A stretch of 64,000 nt of DNA from Octopus bimaculoides (Eukaryota): positions 81,852,389-81,916,388 of the forward strand of contig NC_068984.1 in assembly GCF_001194135.2 (NCBI RefSeq). The letters run 5' to 3'. Under the pieces are notes generated by a model that did no database searches, was not told the DNA's origin, and was given only the letters and a program-made list of their open reading frames with translations. Of the stretch, positions 1 through 44,221 are shown in pieces (positions within the stretch are counted from its first letter, which is position 1; each line of letters opens with the position of its first letter). Both the position numbers and the translations under genes were made by a program.

Positions 1-14
1 ATGATATAACATTG

Positions 15-231
15 GTTTCAAATTTTGGCACAAGGCCAGCAATTTCGGGGAGGGGGTAAGTCGATGGTAACGGCCCCAACATTGAACTGGTCCTTATTTT
101 ATCGACCCCGACAACATGAAAGTCAAAGTCGACCTCGGCGGAATTTGAACTTAGAACGTAAAGACGGATGAAATGCCGCTAAGCATTTTGCCCGACGTGC
201 TAACGAGTCTGCCAACTCGCTGCCTTATACA
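15..231 (-). mobile_element. tRNA-derived SINE, family A
   Basis: Head GGCAGCGAGTTGGCAGACTCGTTAGCACG, B box GTTCAAATTCC; 14-bp TSD ATGATATAA(C/T)ATTG at 1-14 and 232-245. Confidence 0.85.
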
Positions 232-371
232 ATGATATAATATTGTACCATGAAATCCCTATATTCTCTCTTTACTTGTTGCTGTCATTGGCCTGTTGTG
301 AAGTTAGGACAACGCCTTCAATGGTTTTAGTCATCGAAATCAATTCTACCTCAGTATTTATTTTTGAAATA

Positions 372-612
372 TGACTCTTATTCAATAGGTCTCTTATGCC
401 GAACCACTCGATTACAGGGACATAAACAAACCAAAGCCGGTTGTCAAGTGGTGATGAGGGACAAAGACAACACAAACAGACGCAAATAAAAGGCTTTTGG
501 TTGATCCGGGGCTATAGTAGAACATGCCTGCCCAAAGTGCCGCACAGGGAAATTGAACCCAAGATTACATGATTGGGAAGCAAGCTTCTTGCCCATACAG
601 CCAGGCCTGCGA
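372..612 (-). mobile_element. CORE-like SINE, family B
   Basis: Reverse of GCACTTTGGGCAGGCATGTTCTACTATAGC core; similar copies at 10505-10870 (+), 18670-18830 (+) and 38080-38390 (-). Confidence 0.7.
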
Positions 613-731
613 TAAAAGATAGTCATTTTCTATACTTAGATGAATGGACAATAAATACAAAAAAAATGTACTGTTTATAGAATGTGATATTCTTCATTAG
701 AATAGACAATTAATGTAATTCTAGACTTCAC

Positions 732-2668
732 TAAGGCGGTGAGCTGACAGAAACGTTAGTACGCCGATTTTGAAGTTGTGTTGGTGATTTGGTTGAGAGA
801 GAGCGTTGTGTTGAGAGCGATGAGTTTGATTTTTGAGACTGCTGTTGAAATTTGTTGAAATTATTTATTGTTGAATTTGTATCTTACTCATTGTTGGGCA
901 TGGAAGCGGGCAGCTATGCTGCGGCAGCAGGCAAAAGCCTGTCAGCTGACATGCTGCAATTGAAAGAAATACAAATAGATGTAAAGAATTTTTTAAAATT
1001 CAACGAACTGTTGTGGAAGGAGGGAGATTGCCTTCGATTGACACCGCCAAATGACGCAGTGCAAAGGTCCGAAAGGAGGAAAATTGTGTATAGAACGCTG
1101 AACGTGGAGACCAAGAGAGTCGAAGTGGCTGAAATAGAAGAGTGTCTACGAGGGGTCAGGAAAGTGACCACATTTTATGCAAGAGACAGGAAATGCAGCA
1201 CGGTGGAGGTGCGCTTCGTGAGCGAGGAGGAAGCAAAAACGCATTCCACTGTGCCTTTGAGAACAGCAAAGTGGGCACTCTTACCGACCTACTGCGAGAA
1301 GCGTGTCGCAAGAATGAGGATAGGGAGAGTGCCACCGGAGATAGATGAGGCATGGCTGGTGGCAGCCATCCTCTACAACTGCGAGGACGAAGTGGAGGTG
1401 TTAAAAGCAGAAAAGTCGAGAGAAATCAACTGATGGGGTTATAGCCTGGAAGTTATGATCCACATAACCCTGCCAGACCTACATAAGATTGTGGAAGAGT
1501 TGGAGCTCCCCGACTGAGAGTCGTGGTGGAAGGGAGACCACCGATATGTTATAACTGCAGAAGTTGAGGACACATGCAAGCAAAGTGTCCGCATAAACAA
1601 GTGCAGATAGAGGTAGAAGAAGCAGTGGTGGTAGAAACAGAGGTGGAGGAGGAGCCAACGGCAGATAGAAAAAGAACGAGAGTAGAATCGCTACTAAAAA
1701 GTCCAAAGAAAAGAAAGGAGGAGAAAGAGAAAAAGAAAAAAATAGCAGAAGAAAAAGAAAATACGGAGAATCAAACCCAAGAACCAGAGCCAACAACAAG
1801 TAGAGAAAGACAAGAGCTAAAGAGGCGAAAATTGAGGAGTGGAAGGAAAGAGTAAGAAGGCAATTAGAATATGTATCTCAAACAGGGCAGCCTGCTGGAC
1901 GGAATTTAAGAATGTTGGTGTTTTACGACAAGGACATGGAAATAGAGAAGAAAATAACTAGAGTGAAAAACTTAGTAAGAATTAGATTGGACCACGACAT
2001 GTTTGAGCATAATGAAAGAGCGGTGTTATTGGAGAGAATAGAGAGGCTTACAGAATTATTTGGATACAGTATGAGACCATCTGGGTTATATGTCCAATAC
2101 GACAATTTACCTAGCGTTATCGGATTGGATGAACTCACAGAACATATAACAGACAAAAGATAAGACGGATACAAACATGTAAAATGGAACTGCGAGCTTT
2201 AGGGGACTCGTAAGACATTGCATCTTTTCATTTGTTTATAATTTCATTTCGTATTTCATCATTCGTTTTATGTACCCCACGTTTTGTGTTGTCTGTCTTT
2301 TGTAATGTCCCCTCTTTCTCTTCCGCCGAGGTCGACTTTGCCTTTCATCCTTTCGGGGTCGATAAATTAAGTACCAGTTACGCACTGGGGGTCGATGTAA
2401 TCGACTTAATCCCTTTGTCTGTCCTTGTTTGTCCCCTCTATGTTTAGCCCCTTGTGGGCAATAAAGAAATAAGAAACGTTAGCACGCGGGCGAAATGCTT
2501 AGCGGTATTTCGTCTGCCGCTACGTTCTGAGTTCAAATTCCGCCGAGGTCAACTTTGCCTTTCATCCTTTCGGGGTCGGTAAACTAAGTACCAGTTGCGT
2601 TCTGGGGTCGATCTAATCGACTGGCCCCCGCCCCAAAAATTTCGGGCATTGTACCTAGAGTAGAAAAG
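732..2668 (+). mobile_element. Family A SINE split by an ORF1-only retroelement
   Basis: Head 732-766, remainder 2472-2668; host TSD AATTCTAGA(C/T)TTCAC at 717-731 and 2669-2683. Confidence 0.85.
767..2471 (+). mobile_element. Non-autonomous Tx1/L1-like ORF1-only retroelement, copy 1 (decayed ~420-codon ORF, 900-2163)
   Basis: SYAAA N-terminus, VEVRFVSEEEA (RRM-like), VVVEGRPPICYNCRS*GHMQAKC knuckle, K/E-rich linker, C-terminal domain. No EN or RT. ~17-bp TSD AGAAACGTTAG(T/C)ACGC(C)G at 749-766 and 2472-2488; AATAAA at the 3' end. Confidence 0.8.
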
Positions 2669-3479
2669 AATTCTAGATTTCACAAAAACGAAGAGATGGT
2701 CACATCTGGAGTGCTTTTGATCGTAGTTTGCTGACCTCGGAATAAATATACTGAAAATCTAAGTGCATCATAGTCAACTGATCTGTCAAAGATTTAAAAA
2801 AATTAACAACAAAACGGAAACAATTTTAGTAGTTACAAGTATAATTAGGCTAATTATGAAAATATTACAGAGTGACAGCCTGTACTTGTAGTAATTTCTG
2901 TAGGAGAGGTTCAAAACTGTTATATTATTAGATTATATAGATATCTAAACATGTTTTTTTTTCAAATGTTGTGTGTTGAAGATGCGGAAAATGCTATCAT
3001 ACTTCTGGGTTTATGTATTCAAGTGTTTTTTTTTTTTTATAGAGCATTGCATATTTTAAGAAAATGAATTGTTATCGCTTTCAGCTTCTGTTGGGTAAAA
3101 AAAAAATTCTTCCGCAATATTTTAAAGATGACTTAAAAATGGCAAACTTGCTATCGTTTATTTTCTTGAACACAATACATATATACGTGTCGTATTGTCT
3201 CTCTCTATCTCTCTCTCTCTCTTACTCTCTCGCTCTCAGACAGCACCTGCTAAACAAAAGTAGCAAAAATAAAGACAAACTTTATACTGAAAAGCGAAGA
3301 TGAACAATATCCTACGTATCGCAATGAGGAAGCATTCTTTTCCTGGTGACATTCCATATAACCCTAAAACAGCCGGATTAACAGCATCCCATAAGCCGGA
3401 CTAACGTACCTCAAAGAAAACCGGGATATGAAACGCTCAGAATTAAGAGTGTACCAAAATTAAGAATATACATGGGTAT

Positions 3480-4300
3480 GTTTCCCGAAGATTTGAAGAA
3501 GACAGTCATGTTGACATGAAGTGTAGTCTCTTTCGGACTCGTGACCGCCACATTACATCATACTTCGAAGGCTATACATTTGGAATCTAAGAAGAAGAGA
3601 TTGCTATAAAATACCTTGTAAACGAAAGAGACAGTGAAGCTGTTGGAGCTGCAAGGTACAACCGAAAATGTACATTATGTCTGATTACTATGGAAGACAT
3701 CAGTGATTAGCAGCTGTCTAAAAATGTCATCAATGTACAACTTCCCTATACTACACGACGTTGTCGATAAAACTATACAGTGTCATTCGAAATAAAGACT
3801 GTCCTGGAATAAATATAAGAATCCCCTCGTTATTGAATGCATATACAATCAGCAACACGTGGAATATTTTGTTGGAACATTCCCATCAAAACTTCTGTCA
3901 AAGTAAATATAATGGGCCGGATATTGTTGTTTGAGACAGACAAGAAGCAGTAAGTACTGTCATAGAGGTCAGCTGCTCTACTAATATGAATATCCCTTCG
4001 AAAATTAAAGAGGAGGAGGATAACTACGGACAACTTCGAAACCCTAAGCTTCTATATCCAGGTTATAAATTCACATTTATACCAATAATAATAGGTGCAC
4101 TTGGTTTTGTGAATAAAGGCTTAAGTGAAAGTTTACATTAGCTAGGGTCCTCAGAAAACGAAAACAACCAGCTAATTCGCACATAACAAATGCAATCTAT
4201 AAGCGGAACAGTAAAATTATGCAAGACTTTTGTTTTTGTAATCTACATTCCCACGACAGAGCTTTGTATCTGGGTTAGAAACTAGCTCCTTCCTCAGGGG
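3480..4300 (+). mobile_element. R4/Dong-type (REL endonuclease) LINE, 3' fragment, decayed
   Basis: Broken frames give ITSYFEGY...EEIAIKYLVN, KCTLC..ED...SSCLKMS, NGPDIVV...VIEVSC (PD-(D/E)xK) and FIPIIIGALGFV. Confidence 0.75.
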
Positions 4301-4319
4301 AAGGTTTCAAATAATTAGA

Positions 4320-5030
4320 AACAACCTCCATATCAACAGCATCTATTTAAAACAAAGTGATGGTGGGAGAGGCATAATGTCAGTTCAAACAGCATTTGAA
4401 TGTCGCATTGTATCATACAGATAACACCTGCGGAAAAGTAAAGAAAGAAACGAATACATTACAAGCATATTCAAAAGAAGAACACCATCTTTCCAATAAG
4501 GGAAGAACTCCTGAGTTGGTACTCTGAGTGTACAACAGTCTCACCTGACGCAAAGAAAGTGGACTGAACCGCTTAAACAAAAGCTTAGAAAGGGGTGCAC
4601 TCATCATACCAGCAAAAAACAATGCATAGGTATATATCCCGTAGACTAAAGGATACGAGCAGCATTGACAGGAAGAGTAGCCTCTCATAGACCTGTGATA
4701 GGTAAAGTGCATATCATCTTGAAGGGTATGTCTTCGCTATCCAGGAGAAGAAGATAGCTACTGAATACCGGACAAATAAGAGAGACAATGATTCCACCAA
4801 ATCTCCACGTTGTGATAGAATATATCGGTTATTTTATTTCGGTGTTTAGGATATTATACACATCATCAACAGCTGCTTCAAATGTTTGCAAGATGTTACC
4901 TACTCTTGAGACATGATATAGATGCAAAGTTATATACAATGTTAATCGCAGGAAAGACTGTCCTGAAGGATACATCAAAGGCATGTCAGAACCAAAATAT
5001 ATTTATACATTTACACAATAAACTTGATAT
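4320..5030 (+). mobile_element. Second R4/Dong-type LINE fragment (RT thumb to zinc finger)
   Basis: IYLKQSDGGRGIMSVQTAFECRIVS, HLEGYVFAIQE, LLLRHDIDAKL. Confidence 0.7.
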
Positions 5031-6967
5031 TGTTCTTTGGAATAGGAAACTGAAGTCATGCACCTTTGTAGAAGCCAGGGGATGTGAACGTACTATCAAA
5101 AGTTTTTAAAAAAACACATTTATGGAACATACAGCTCTTTTACGCAGACTAAAAATTTTCATTCGTATCTATCATCATAAGTGTATCTACGAATTTACAC
5201 AAAAACTTACGAATACTTGGATTTTCTAAGAAAAAGAATAAATGAATAAATAAAACTGACACACGTCCTACAAATCTATTCTATTTGCAGTACAGTGAAA
5301 ATTATAAAACATTCCAAAGGCTCCCTACCTGAGATTCTGTAAATGAATAGATGCACATCCTTGATTGCGTACACCTAAAAAATGCAAATGTAAAAAGTAA
5401 TGATGCACAAACACACAAGCACTGAAGAGATATGTTCACATGAAATGTAAATGCAGTTACATACACCTAGTAGCTGCACACACTAACTCAACCACACATT
5501 TAAAAAAAACCTAAGTCTTGTCACTTTGTTAGCAACTGCCTGACAAGAACTCAAATAAATTTCCATTAAGAAGCTCCATTAAAAAGAGCTTAAATAAACC
5601 TCATAATACACTAGATGTATCCGTGGAAATTTTTACAATTATTTAGAAAACTGTGACATGGTTGAAAGTTTCAAAAGAATCATGAAATGTATAACTTTTT
5701 TTTGAAATTGTGTATTTTTTTAAATATGACTTTTGACGATGTAAAAACCAACATAGTATTGAATGTGTAGTCTTAGAAGATAACGTCTCCAAATGCTAAA
5801 TACCTTATTATACATTCATCACCTCTTTCACCTTTAAAGTTATATTGTTATTTTTCACTTTTCTCCAAGAATTAAACAATCTTAACTATGGAGCGAAATC
5901 GAAGACATTATCTTTCTATATGATATCATTCTGCTACTGTACGACTAAGTTCTAACAGATCTTAACTCTCTATGTTCCATCATTATTTTCATATCAAAGA
6001 AAAACTTCATATGACTAGGCTTGAACCCACAGTGCCAGTGAACGAAGTATAGTAGCTGCATCTTTGAGCTGTGAATTCTAAAATGAAAAATGTAATCTTA
6101 CAAGTTGTTCTGGATTCGATTTCACTGCATAGAACTTTGGGTGTCTTTTACTATGTCACTCCGGTAGAGTGATGTTCGGCAAATAGTACATTGTATGTGT
6201 GTGTGTAAATGCAGGTTTAAGTTTATGCTGCTTAAAGCCAGTGCTGTTAATGCTGTTCAGCAAATAGACATTGATAAAAATAAGTATCAAATTTTAAAAC
6301 AATTATTGGAGTTGATATGCTTGTCTATTCCCCTGAAAATGGTGCCACACTCCAATAATCAGTAAAAGACTAAATGCATAAAATATATATTTCATACTCA
6401 ATTTAAAATATTTATTTGTAGGTCTTATGAATAATTTAAATAATATAAATGGTGTATCTCTAATAGATCAGTCCTCGGTTTCGTTACATAGATTAGAGCA
6501 CAATAGGTAAGTAGATATTATTATAAAGGTGTTTGTGTCTCTGTGTGTTGTCGTCTAAAAATCCATATGTCAGAAAAAGAGGTACTCGTATACTTGTCAA
6601 CAGGGTGAGTATTTCAGCCGATTTAATCAATGATATTTTTCATACCAAAAATTTAATCAATCATATTTTTCATACCAAAAAGATCATCAGAGACTGCATA
6701 TTATATTATTTGTAGTGACTTTGATGGCGATATAAATGTGACATTTCATCCGAAGAATGATAGATAGATTAGAGTACGGTTCAGAGACAACCATGTCACC
6801 ACTCGCTGTAATCATGCGATCCAAAAGGAAAATTCCATCCAAAGACCAAAGGTTGAAATCCATTGGTTGAAAGCTTAGCTATAAGATCGTAAGACCAGAT
6901 ATTAACAAGATTTTTGCTAATGTCAATCCCAACGACATTGTTTTCGAGGGTCGATTGGCAATGGGTG

Positions 6968-7189
6968 TACGAGGGAATGTTAAAAGGTTCCTGGCTTTAA
7001 GGGTGTCGTGAAAGGCCTAGCTGGAGGCTCAACCTTCCGAGTTCTTTTACAGGGCTTAGAAAAACTGAAGGACTGCTGCAATAAGTGTGTAACTCTGAAA
7101 TGAGGAATATGTTAAATAAAATCATAATTAACTGATCCTATTGTATTTTCTTTTATCCAAAGCCAGGGTCTTTTCAGTACCCACTCGTA
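6968..7189 (+). mobile_element. Internally deleted mariner (MITE-like)
   Basis: TA-bounded imperfect ~30-bp TIRs (TACGAGGGAATGTTAAAAGGTTCCTGGCTTT versus TACGAGTGGGTACTGAAAAGACCCTGGCTTT); retains transposase C-terminus GLEKLKDCCNKCVTL. Confidence 0.75.
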
Positions 7190-7809
7190 TATTTCGTACC
7201 TGATACTCGAATTTATATCATACAGCACTTGATTCAACTTTTATTATGCTATATAGTGAAATATTAATTGCTTATCAATGAATCAGGTACGTGAAACTTC
7301 AGGATTTTGATCGCTCACCAAGCGACCAGCATATGGATCAGTGGTAGTTTTATTCATGGAAATTCTATTCATGGTAAAAATATTTAATTTTCAACAACCC
7401 GTTCACCTAGCTATGAATAAATGCCACAGGATTATAATATATACTGCTATCTGGAGCAACAGGACAAATGCCTCTGACGGGTATTATATTGGAGTCCAAT
7501 TCTACTCATGAATATATTTTGGAAAGGAACGTACCCCACTATGCTAACGTGCTTTAGATACATTGCTTAAGTGTGAGCCCTTAAGTGGTTTCCTAAATTC
7601 CAATTATTCTGCCATAAACACACATTTTACATACATATGTACATATGTACGTAATCCACGTACAAATATTTATATAAGCAGGTCTATATTTTTTTCAAAA
7701 GCGCACGTATACATATTTGTATACATGTGTTCTTATACATGAGAACGTTTATAATTGGGTTAATAGGGTACCGGACAATTAACGAAAAGTTTAGTGGTTC
7801 TACTATATC

Positions 7810-9679
7810 CTTTTCTGCTCTAGGCACAAGACCCGAAATTTTAGGGGCGGGGGAGACAGTCGATTAGATTGACCTCAGTGCGCAACTGGTACTTAATTTA
7901 TCGAGCCCGAAAGGAGGAAAGGCAAAGTCGACCTCGGCGGAATTTGAACTCAGAACATAAAGACAGACGAAATACCGATTTCTTTATTAGGCATAAGGCC
8001 CTAAACATAGATGGGGTCACCTCAAGGACAGACAAGACCACAGTGGGGACAAAAAACAAAACGAATGTAAATGAAATGAAAGTTATATAAAAATGAAAAT
8101 GGACGCATGGGCCCCACTCCTATGCAGTACCATTTGAACCGTTATATGTATTATCTACAATTGTTCTTTTTTTCCTTTAATTTCATACTTTTTTTGTCTT
8201 TAGTAGAACTTCATTAGTGGTTCGATATCTTATAAATCTACCACTGGTGGCAACTCTTTAAATTCCACCTCCACTTCTGGCGAGTCAACGTTATCTCCAC
8301 ACATCTCTTTCAATTTTCTGTAGTTTTCCTCTTCGATCAATATTGCCTTCATATCCTCCGCGTAGACATATGAAGGCACCTTTACTCTTACTATTGAATG
8401 TAACTTGATTATTTTTTCCTCTGTTTCAACATTTTTTGGGTAGTTACATAATATCACACTCCTTCTCCTCCTCGTATCTTCTTTCCTTTCTCTTGGATTT
8501 TTGGTTCTCTCTTTTCTTCCTCCATATCACCTTCATACAGTTGGGTTTCCGATATTTTCTCCACTGGTAACTCCACTTTCTTTTTCCTTCCTACAGCCCT
8601 CCTTCACAGTTTCTTTTCTCACCTCTTCTCTCTTCTTTTTCTGCTTCTCAGACGGAGAACTCATTCCTCCGCTCCTCCTTCTTTTCTTTTTAACCAGAGT
8701 GAATCCCTTCTCCGCTTCTTTTTCTATTGCCTTGTCCTGTACTACCTGGTCCACACTCTCATGTCTCTCCTCCTGTTCTGTTTGTGGCTTTCTTTGGATG
8801 CACCATGCCTTCATGTGGCCACTTTCTCCACATGTGAAACACACTGGCGGCCTACCCTCCACAGTAACTCACATCTTCTGGCAGCACAATCTCAACCACC
8901 ACACTGTTCAAGTCCTCTGTTGTTGCCTGAATCGTTAATTCGATCCCATATCCCCACTAATCTACCTTCTGGGTCTTTGTAGCCTTCAGTATCTTCCCGT
9001 CTTTCATATTATATGTTATGGCTGTCATCAGTCATTCTTCTTTCAATTCGGGTGGCACCTTACCCACTCGCACCTTGGCCACAGGTTTGCTGCAGTACGA
9101 AGTCAAGAGCACCCATTCGTCTGTCCTTATTGCCTCTGTGGAGTGCTTTATTGCTTCCTCCTCCGTTGTGAAGCGCACCTCCACAGTGGCATATTTTCTC
9201 CCTCTCGTAATGTATGTTGGGAATCTTTTTATATTTTTAAAACATTCCTCTATGGCCTCTATTGGTGCTATTTCTATCTTTCTCGTGGCTGCCTTCATGG
9301 TTTTAAATATAACCGTTCTTTTTGTCACGTTGGCCGATAACTCTTCAGGCGGTGTCAGCTTCAAAATGTTTCCTTCCTTTGTGATTAATTTCTCACTCTC
9401 CTTCATCTTTCTAGGCTCCACTTTTATCTCGCGGAGCTCCAACTCTCGCGTGTCTACTCCTTTGCTCGTTGCGGCCGCATAACTTGGGCCTGCCTCCGGT
9501 GTCTTCTCCATTTTCCCCACAATGGGAAACAAAACAACAATTAACGAATCAACAACGGCAACAATTCAATCAACAATGGTAACAATTCAATAAACAGTTC
9601 AACATAAACTCACGTATTAATTCACAGAGACCGCTAAGCATTTCGCCCGGCGTGCTAACGTTTCTACCACGTCGCCGGC
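7810..9679 (-). mobile_element. Family A SINE split by an ORF1-only retroelement
   Basis: Head 9679-9630, remainder 7977-7810; 20-bp host TSD TTTAGTGGTT(C/T)TACTATATC at 7790-7809 and 9680-9699. Confidence 0.85.
7978..9629 (-). mobile_element. Non-autonomous Tx1/L1-like ORF1-only retroelement, copy 2 (decayed ~425-codon ORF, 9511-8230)
   Basis: PSYAAA, TVEVRFTTEEEA, VTVEGRPPVCFTCGESGHMKAWC CCHC knuckle, K/E linker, C-terminal domain homologous to copy 1. Ends in AATAAAGAAAT; CGGT repeated at both junctions (7974-7977, 9630-9633). Confidence 0.82.
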
Positions 9680-9976
9680 TTTAGTGGTTTTACTATATCA
9701 CTGAAGTATCGTCCTGGCTTTGTTAAAGAGACTTAACTCTTAACTGTAAGGTTTAACTTTAACAATTTACTGCTCCAAACAGTAACGAGGTTGTGGAGTT
9801 GACAAGTAATTCATTGTCGTTCAGTGTCGTGTTTAATTCCATTCCTCACCCTACCGAGATAAATACTGCCAGTATCCAAAACTTTCAGTGTTTCTCATGG
9901 TGTGGAACAGCTCCCTGAGCGTGGAAGCCCCCTGGCAGGAGGGAAGGGTTGTGAGACTCGTAAAGAAGGAGGACAA

Positions 9977-10065
9977 GTACGAAGGCAAGAGCACGCATTC
10001 GTCTGTCCTTATTGTCTCTGTGGAGTGCTTTATTACTTCCTCCTCCGTTGTGAAGCGCACCTCCA
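9977..10065 (-). mobile_element. 89-bp fragment of the same ORF1 family
   Basis: 4 mismatches versus 9095-9183. Confidence 0.85.
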
Positions 10066-10504
10066 TTTAAAACTTGTCCAACACAATGGCAAAAATTAAA
10101 AAAATTATATGGGTGCAAATTGCATTTAGTTTCCTCATTAATAACGTGGAACGGTAACAAAATATTTCACTAATACTTTAAGTGTTAGGGCTGGGATTTA
10201 TTAGTTTAAGAATTATTTGCAATACAATGGTGATAGAGAAAATAACTCGCTTTTATTTAAAGCTACTAAAATCACTAATGAGTACTGACTTATGAATCAA
10301 AAGCATTCAGTCACCTTCCCGTTTCTTTTTTTTTATTTTTTAGTCATAGTGTATCTAAGACTACATTACTCAATGTATCATTTAAGGAATCGATGTAAGC
10401 TGTGATTTGATAGAGATTTATTTGTTATTTTTATCAGACTTTTGTGATTCTGAATACAAATCATCATTATAGGAAAATCATAAAATGAGGAAAATTTCTA
10501 AACA

Positions 10505-10870
10505 TGTGGTTGTGTGGTAAGAAGTTTGTTTCCCAGTCATATAGTTCTGGGTTCAGTCCCACTGCGTGGTACCTTGGGCAAATGTCTTCTACTATAGCCT
10601 CTGGCCGACCAAGGCTTTGTGAATACGAGATTTGGTAAACGGAAACTAAAAGAAGCCCGTCATATGTGTGTGTGTTTGTCTTTGTGTCTGTCCGCCATCT
10701 CTGCTTGACAACAGGTGTTGGCGTGTTTACGTCCCCGTAACTTAGTGGTTCGGCAAAAGAGACCGATAGAATAAATGTCAGACTTATTAAGGGGTCGATT
10801 TATTTGGCTAAAAATTCTTCAAGTTGGCGCCCCAGCATGGCCTCAGTGTAATGACTGAAACAAGTAAAAG
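10505..10870 (+). mobile_element. CORE-like SINE, family B, near full length
   Basis: GTGGTTGTGTGGTAAGAAG head, GGTTCAGTCCC B box, GTACCTTGGGCAAATGTCTTCTACTATAGC core. Confidence 0.75.
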
Positions 10871-11329
10871 ATAAACGATAAAAAATTCCAAATTAGCACG
10901 AAACATTTTTCCTTTACCAAATGGAAAATTTGGGGTTAGTAACACTTTTTATCTTCGTTGCTATTGTTGTTTACACCCTAATGACCTATAGCTTAGCGTA
11001 GACTCATAACCATAGGCGTTCCATTTACGACCATCAAGTTTTATTTTTCAAGTATATAGAACTATATCCTTCAATGTTTGTTTTCTCTTTTAAACGGGTA
11101 GGGTGTGACTTGAAAGGGATTTGGCTATTATTACTAGCAGGTGAAGTGACCACATATAGAGTCCCTCATTCTCCAAAAGCCATATTGTTGCTAAAGAAAG
11201 CGCAATCTTAAAATAAGTTACTTAATGCGCTTTCATAATTTTCCGAATTAATTTTTTTTTTAATATTTTTTCTTTACGTTATCAGCAACACTTATAAATA
11301 TTAGAACGCTATGCTCCAGTGTAACCTTA

Positions 11330-11713
11330 ACTGTGATAATCAATTGTTTCCTGGTTGTTGTTGCTGCTGCTGTTAGCACCGAGTCAGCTCCAATCAAACT
11401 AACCATTGATCAAAAGCGCTCCACCCATAGCCACCTTTTTTGTTATGACGTTGTATATTGGATTACATTTTCTTATGCGTTATTTCTTTCTAGGACGTTA
11501 TGTCGTAATTTGAGGGTAATTTGATTATCTCTGGTTGGACGAGTGACCACATAATAGAGACTAATTAGTCGCTGGTTTAGTTTGTCTGACGGCTTAAAAT
11601 ATAAAACAAAAGAATTTGGAAGAAATAAAAAGGGAGATTATCAGATCGAGCATGGTTTTTATTTTAGAGTAGTTTCCCTTTATGTCTCGTGAGTTCTAAC
11701 CACATACAACAAA
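11330..11713 (+). promoter_or_regulatory. Probable SNX4 promoter/5' UTR region
   Basis: Directly upstream of the ATG, CpG retained, CCAAT at 11390-11394 and ATTGG near 11457. No TSS can be fixed from sequence. Confidence 0.4.

Positions 11714-44221
<32,508 letters not shown>

Noticed and set aside
732-766. tRNA genes at SINE heads
   Set aside because: A/B-box-like motifs only; no cloverleaf, and each continues into a SINE body.
1431-1545. Shared stop before WGY and a frame break before the knuckle in both ORF1 elements, as programmed recoding
   Set aside because: The stops differ (TGA versus TAG, both one change from TGG) and the shifts are -1 in copy 1 and +1 in copy 2, which fits independent decay.
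7407-7450. Minus-strand hydrophobic mini-exon (IAVYIIILWHLFIA) of a divergent gene
   Set aside because: Isolated, with no partner exons found.
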